A stretch of 45,883 bases of DNA. Origin: an uncultured Candidatus Saccharibacteria bacterium (GTDB taxonomy: Bacteria; Patescibacteriota; Doudnabacteria; UBA920). This document shows, one piece after another, positions 42,189-45,883 of this stretch. How positions within the stretch are numbered: position 1 is the first letter of the stretch; each line of letters opens with the position of its first letter. The position numbers and the translations under genes are program-made. Under the pieces are notes generated by a model. The model did not search any database and had not been told where the DNA came from. It worked only from the letters and a program-made list of their open reading frames with translations. The stretch is from assembly GCA_964561655.1 (NCBI GenBank), contig CAZLQG010000002.1, positions 1-45,883 of the forward strand, in the 5' to 3' direction.

Positions 42189-42216
42189 ATTATAGCAGGA
42201 TTTTTACTCTTGTCAA
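42189..42216 (-). promoter_or_regulatory. near-consensus sigma70 promoter
   Basis: Minus strand reads TTGACA (42216-42211), 16 nt, TGcTATAAT (-10 at 42194-42189). Confidence 0.7.
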
Positions 42217-42240
42217 TAAATCCCCTATTTTTAAAGGTTC

Positions 42241-42290
42241 TTGACAATAATGTTAGAATAATATAACATTATGTTAGATATATTTAACAT
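42241..42290 (+). promoter_or_regulatory. promoter plus two tandem palindromic operators of the DUF2178/XRE operon
   Basis: TTGACA at 42241-42246. The operators are ATAATGTTA-N8-TAACATTAT (42247-42272) and ATGTTA-N8-TAACAT (42271-42290), with centres 21 bp apart. Confidence 0.6.
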
Positions 42291-42307
42291 CATTAAAATA
42301 AAACGTT

Positions 42308-42688
42308 ATGAACAAAAAAACCTTCAAAATTATCCAAATTATCACTGCCATGGTTTTAGGCGTAACCGTGGCCGTTTCCGTTAATTTAGGCAACTATCTG
42401 CTGGCCACGGCGGCAATTCTCGCGGCCTTTGGCTTTTTATACGTCTTAAAAAGCAAGGTCAAGGAAGTTCTGGCCGACGAGCGCGACTACCAAATCGCAG
42501 GCAAGGCCTCACGCATGGCCATTACCATTTACGTTGTTGTCCTAACTCCCATTGGCGTTGCTATGATGGCTTTGTCCAAAACCCATCCGCAATTTGAGTA
42601 CACAGCCAGCGTTTTACTCTACTCGGTCTGTGGCCTGATGCTTTTGAATGCGGCTTTGTTTAAAATTTACAACCGCCACGGGGAATAA
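42308..42688 (+). CDS. DUF2178-like membrane protein
   Basis: 126 aa with four hydrophobic helices and a central LADERDYQIAGKA motif. It is followed 4 nt later by a small XRE regulator, the usual pairing. Confidence 0.7.
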   Translation: MNKKTFKIIQIITAMVLGVTVAVSVNLGNYLLATAAILAAFGFLYVLKSKVKEVLADERDYQIAGKASRMAITIYVVVLTPIGVAMMALSKTHPQFEYTASVLLYSVCGLMLLNAALFKIYNRHGE

Positions 42689-42691
42689 TTT

Positions 42692-42886
42692 ATGCGCAAC
42701 AAAATCAAAGAACTAAGAGCCAAGTTTAATCTGACGCAGGAAGAACTGGCGCAAAAAGCGGGGGTCAGGCGCGAGACCATTGTATTTTTGGAAAAAAACA
42801 AATACAATCCTTCCTTGGCTTTGGCATACAAAATCGCCAAGGTGCTTAAAACCACCATTGAAGAACTTTTTGAATTTGAAGATTAA
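42692..42886 (+). CDS. XRE/Cro-type helix-turn-helix transcriptional regulator
   Basis: 64 aa: [45 protein letters not shown]. Confidence 0.9.
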   Translation: MRNKIKELRAKFNLTQEELAQKAGVRRETIVFLEKNKYNPSLALAYKIAKVLKTTIEELFEFED

Positions 42887-42909
42887 GAACCTATTTGAAA
42901 AATATTCTT

Positions 42910-43077
42910 ATGAACAAAAAACTTTCCATTGCTATTGCCGCCGTAATTTTCGCCCTTGCCATGCTTTTTGGCTTTCGTCTGCTTAGCGGCGAAGATGACT
43001 GGATTTGCCAAAATGGGGAATGGGTGGAACACGGAAAACCCGAAGCGCCGAAACCTACTACGCCCTGCCCGCAATAA
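42910..43077 (+). CDS. small membrane-anchored/secreted protein
   Basis: MNKKLSIAIAAVIFALAMLFGF..., then DDWICQNGEWVEHGKPEAPKPTTPCP (two Cys). The track start 42895 is TTG. Confidence 0.5.
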   Translation: MNKKLSIAIAAVIFALAMLFGFRLLSGEDDWICQNGEWVEHGKPEAPKPTTPCPQ

Positions 43078-44473
43078 TTTTTTTAACCTTTTTTTGCAGA
43101 CCGTTGGCTTTGGCAATTTGTTCGTCGGTGATGTTAAGCAAATTTTTCTGCCTTTGTTTTTCCGGCACTACAATTCTGTACATTTCGGGCAAAAGCGTTT
43201 CTATGCTTTCCCCTACCGTAATGGACTTGGCTAAATTCTGATATTTGCGATACATATTGCCGGCCAAATAGATATCCAGGCCGGTTGGTTTGATTAATTG
43301 GCCTTGATGATATAGAAAAGCCAGATTGCCTTCCGCGAAATTATCGGTAGGCACTTTGTTTATTCTTTGCGCTAATTCTGATGCTTTAAGCTCTTTTAAT
43401 AGCCCAACAAACTTTTCTTTAATTTCTGTCAGCCAGGTGATTTGGTTAAAGCCCCCAAGACAGGTTATTTGATAGTAAAGCAAAACCAAAAAGCAAACCA
43501 AACTGGTTGGGTATATTTTTTTTTCTTTCAATGCTCTAGCAACTTCCTTAGGAATTAAAAATACTGAGATAGCAGAACCTTGATCTCTAATCTTTGATCC
43601 CTGGCGGAAAAGTTGAAGACGCTTACCCGTTGCATCAATCCCCCAAAAAAGAAAACTCCCCTTTTTGCCAGGTCCAAACGCGCCTTTTAGCCCTTCAAAA
43701 TATTTTTTTATTAATTTCCAGCCATTTTCTTTAAAAAATAACCGATGCAACACATGGCTTTTGTCTTTGGCTATAAGCTTTACTATAACCTCTGAAATCA
43801 AGTCTTCCAAAGGCACATAAACAACTTTTGGGGCTTTGGGAAATATTTTTTGCCACAAACGATAATTAATTAAATTAATTTGGGCGGAGAAAGCTTTTTG
43901 TTTCAAAACTTTTGGGTCCAAAAAAATTTTTTGCGCGGGGCGCTTCAAATTCTCGTCCCCGATTTTTACCAGCATTCCTTGGGCCTGTTTCTTTGTAAAA
44001 GCTTTCTGCGCCAAGACAGGCTTATTTTTTTCTTTGTCGGTAAAAATCGAAATTTTTTTTAGTCCGCCTTTTTGACGATAAAGCAGGCATCCCGGCCAAG
44101 AAGAATTGTTCAAAGAAACCCCTTCCGTGCTTAAAACTATCAAATACTCCAAATTGTCATACAAGCTGTAAATCAGATTGGAATTAACAAAAAAGGGGTG
44201 GTTTAAAATCCCATGGTGGTCGATTGTTGAAACCAAAGGCAGCTCTTTCAGCTGACGAATAATTTTTAAAACATGGGGGTTCGGCAATTGGTTTTTCAAC
44301 GTTCTTTCCCATATTCCAAAAAATTTTTTATCTAAACTCCCGAGGGCTATTTCCCATGAATTTACGTAATCAAACAAACTCAAACTGCCCTGCTTCCTGT
44401 AAAGCTCTCGCAAGACAGAACGCCTTTTGAAAACTGCTGTTTTTAAATATCTAATGTTGGTTAAAGCGGGCAT
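43058..44473 (-). CDS. large hypothetical protein (471 aa)
   Basis: No motif recognised. Start moved to ATG 44473 because the track TTG at 44506 lies inside the upstream terminator U-tract. TATAAT (44485-44480) ends 6 nt before the ATG. Confidence 0.65.
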   Translation of the reverse strand: MPALTNIRYLKTAVFKRRSVLRELYRKQGSLSLFDYVNSWEIALGSLDKKFFGIWERTLKNQLPNPHVLKIIRQLKELPLVSTIDHHGILNHPFFVNSNLIYSLYDNLEYLIVLSTEGVSLNNSSWPGCLLYRQKGGLKKISIFTDKEKNKPVLAQKAFTKKQAQGMLVKIGDENLKRPAQKIFLDPKVLKQKAFSAQINLINYRLWQKIFPKAPKVVYVPLEDLISEVIVKLIAKDKSHVLHRLFFKENGWKLIKKYFEGLKGAFGPGKKGSFLFWGIDATGKRLQLFRQGSKIRDQGSAISVFLIPKEVARALKEKKIYPTSLVCFLVLLYYQITCLGGFNQITWLTEIKEKFVGLLKELKASELAQRINKVPTDNFAEGNLAFLYHQGQLIKPTGLDIYLAGNMYRKYQNLAKSITVGESIETLLPEMYRIVVPEKQRQKNLLNITDEQIAKANGLQKKVKKIIAGRA

Positions 44474-44498
44474 ATCACAATTATAATTGGTAACTGCA

Positions 44499-44540
44499 TA
44501 AAACAAAAATCCCGTCCCGAGCGAAGTCGAGGGACGGGAT
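44499..44540 (-). terminator. rho-independent terminator after the pilin gene
   Basis: ATCCCGTCCC-N12-GGGACGGGAT followed by TTTTTGTTTT on the minus strand. Confidence 0.8.
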
Positions 44541-44552
44541 AGAATTCAAATA

Positions 44553-45035
44553 TTACTTAACGCCGGTCGGGGTGATAACTCTTTCTCCTGCCTCAAAATT
44601 TCCGGTCTTGTTGCCTAAACAAAAATAGTAAGCGTAGTCTGGATATATAGTCTTACCGCCGACCAAGTAAGAAGTTCCGCTATGTATGTAATAATAGGTA
44701 TTCGCAGAAATACCCGCGGGCACCGGAGAACTATGGGTAATATAGTCACAAACTCCGTCCGCAGGCATCGGGGCGGTGGGGATGCTGGAAGCGAAATCCG
44801 GGGACAAATCCAGCGGGACGCCGTTTGTGCCGGAAGGATACCCTTTATTGGCGGCGAAATAAAGCTCTAAAGCCGTATTCATTTGGGTCATATCTCCAAG
44901 ACGTTTAACATTGCGCGATTTCTGGCGCGCGGAAATCATGGCTATTAAAGCAATGGAAGAAAGTAAAGCAATAATCGCCACAACGACCAATAATTCAATG
45001 AGGGTAAACCCTTTATCCTTTTTGTTTCTTTTCAT
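44553..45035 (-). CDS. type IV pilin / pseudopilin with prepilin N-terminal methylation motif
   Basis: KGFTLIELLVVVAIIALLSSIALIAM. TGcTATAAT promoter about 30 nt upstream. Confidence 0.9.
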   Translation of the reverse strand: MKRNKKDKGFTLIELLVVVAIIALLSSIALIAMISARQKSRNVKRLGDMTQMNTALELYFAANKGYPSGTNGVPLDLSPDFASSIPTAPMPADGVCDYITHSSPVPAGISANTYYYIHSGTSYLVGGKTIYPDYAYYFCLGNKTGNFEAGERVITPTGVK

Positions 45036-45192
45036 CTTTTTATAGTTTTATATATTTATAATATTATAGCACAAAACAAACTTCAAATGTGGATAATGAA
45101 CGCTTAGGGTAAAGGCTTGAAAAAATAAAGGGTTTGGGGTAAAATACCAAAGACATTTTCATTTGGGCGCCCAAAAGCTTAAACCTGGTAGA

Positions 45193-45293
45193 CCTGCCCG
45201 CCATAAGCCTCCTGTCTTGATTAGGTAAATATTAATCACCCAACAAATCTTGATCTTCACCGGATAATTGTCAATAGGCATTGGCAGGCGGGG
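45193..45293 (-). repeat. copy 3 (inverted) of the dispersed 101-nt element
   Basis: The reverse complement starts CCCCGCCTGCCAATGCCTATTGACAATTA and ends TTATGGCGGGCAGG. Confidence 0.7.
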
Positions 45294-45306
45294 CAATTGC
45301 CTTCTT

Positions 45307-45378
45307 GCCCCGTAGCGATGGAGCGATAGCGACATCTGCTTATGGGGTTAAGCAAACGGTCGCAGGCCCGCTCAGCAC
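45307..45378 (+). pseudogene. degenerate tRNA-Lys-derived fragment
   Basis: Begins GCCCCGTAGC, like the tRNA 5' end. It contains an exact 19-nt copy (45348-45366) of tRNA-Lys positions 45457-45475, TTAAGCAAACGGTCGCAGG. It has no T-loop or acceptor 3' half. Confidence 0.5.
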
Positions 45379-45421
45379 TATTTATTATACATAAATTAAC
45401 TCTACAACTTTATAAAATCAT

Positions 45422-45498
45422 GCCCCGTTAGCTCAGCCTGGTAGAGCAGTTGCCTTTTAAGCAAACGGTCGCAGGTTCGAATCCTGCACGGGGCACCA
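45422..45498 (+). tRNA. tRNA-Lys (anticodon TTT), CCA encoded
   Basis: Hand fold: GCCCCGT-TA-GCTC-AGCCTGGTA-GAGC-A-GTTGC-CTTTTAA-GCAAA-CGGTC-GCAGG-TTCGAAT-CCTGC-ACGGGGC-A-CCA. Confidence 0.95.
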
Positions 45499-45530
45499 TT
45501 AAATTTTTACAAATAGTGCGGGGTGAAAAT

Positions 45531-45632
45531 CCCTGCCTGCCAATGCCTATTGATGATTATTTACTAAACTTTGATAATACATATTGCATCTCAATAATTA
45601 TCAAGCCATGTTGGAAGGCAATGGCGGGCAGG
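45531..45632 (+). repeat. copy 2 of the dispersed 101-102 nt element
   Basis: Starts CCCTGCCTGCCAATGCCTATTGATGATTA and ends CAATGGCGGGCAGG. Confidence 0.7.
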
Positions 45633-45746
45633 CTGCTGGGCCCACCATAAAATACCCCCTTAGCTTGTACGGGGTATTTTTTATTTGAAAAATTGCAATA
45701 TATCCTTTACACTATAATAAATAGATTAAACCTATGGAGGTGTCTT

Positions 45747-45883
45747 ATGGCGATGCAAAAAAATACCCAATACATTATCGGCGGAATTGTAATTTTAATT
45801 ATTGCCGGCTTCTTCCTATTTAGGACCACTCCCATCAACGACAACGTAAGCCCCCCGCAAGACGGCCAGTCTGCCGACCAGCC
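45747..45883 (+). CDS. hypothetical membrane-anchored protein, N-terminal fragment (runs off the right edge)
   Basis: GGAGG SD 7 nt upstream of ATG 45747. MAMQKNTQYIIGGIVILIIAGFFLFRTTPINDNVSPPQDGQSADQ stays open to the window end. Confidence 0.6.
   Translation, partial: MAMQKNTQYIIGGIVILIIAGFFLFRTTPINDNVSPPQDGQSADQ

Noticed and set aside
45450-45650. 66-aa ORF
   Set aside because: It starts inside tRNA-Lys and runs through the repeat element, so it is spurious.
1-45883. Mobile genetic element, prophage or defence island
   Set aside because: No integrase, transposase, phage structural, restriction, toxin-antitoxin or cas-like protein was recognised in any frame. Only short non-coding repeats and one small GC-richer islet were found.

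Overview
AT-rich, gene-dense chromosomal segment, mostly minus-strand housekeeping genes. By inference from gene content only, it resembles a reduced-genome Patescibacteria/CPR-like bacterium.

Recognisable genes:
- groES-groEL behind a perfect CIRCE operator
- a SAM methyltransferase, Fpg/MutM, RelA/SpoT, Ndk, cyclophilin, ComEC, YggU and NUDIX
- nrdR-nrdJ followed directly by a cobalamin module: CobA/BtuR-type adenosyltransferase, DUF4430-like lipoprotein and a small polytopic membrane protein
- FtsZ/FtsA, YqeY, bS21, HIT, a HisRS-like protein, LepB and tRNA-Val
- LCP, Der, Pth, DprA, CapA, TopA and NDH-2
- a MacAB-type efflux operon (HlyD adaptor, ATPase, two FtsX permeases) behind an AbrB-like regulator
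- a DUF2178/XRE pair, a type IV pilin and tRNA-Lys

I saw no transposase, integrase, CRISPR array or recognisable defence gene, so most of the window is ordinary.

The unexplained signals are at RNA and repeat level:
1. At 41.1-42.2 kb there is a visibly GC-richer islet. A consensus promoter drives a leaderless Phe-run mini-ORF with antiterminator/terminator alternatives. It is followed by a tRNA-shaped gene whose anticodon arm carries a second stacked arm, then two small SD-led ORFs.
2. A strong promoter is followed by about 325 nt of modular RNA structure between ftsZ and the next gene.
3. Both canonical tRNAs sit inside long leader/trailer helices or inverted copies of a dispersed 101-nt element.
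4. 10-bp phased repeat arrays share an exact 24-mer at two loci.
5. Word-like palindromic intergenic repeats occasionally extend into coding sequence.

All calls rest on reading the sequence and on remembered family motifs. No searches or folding programs were run.
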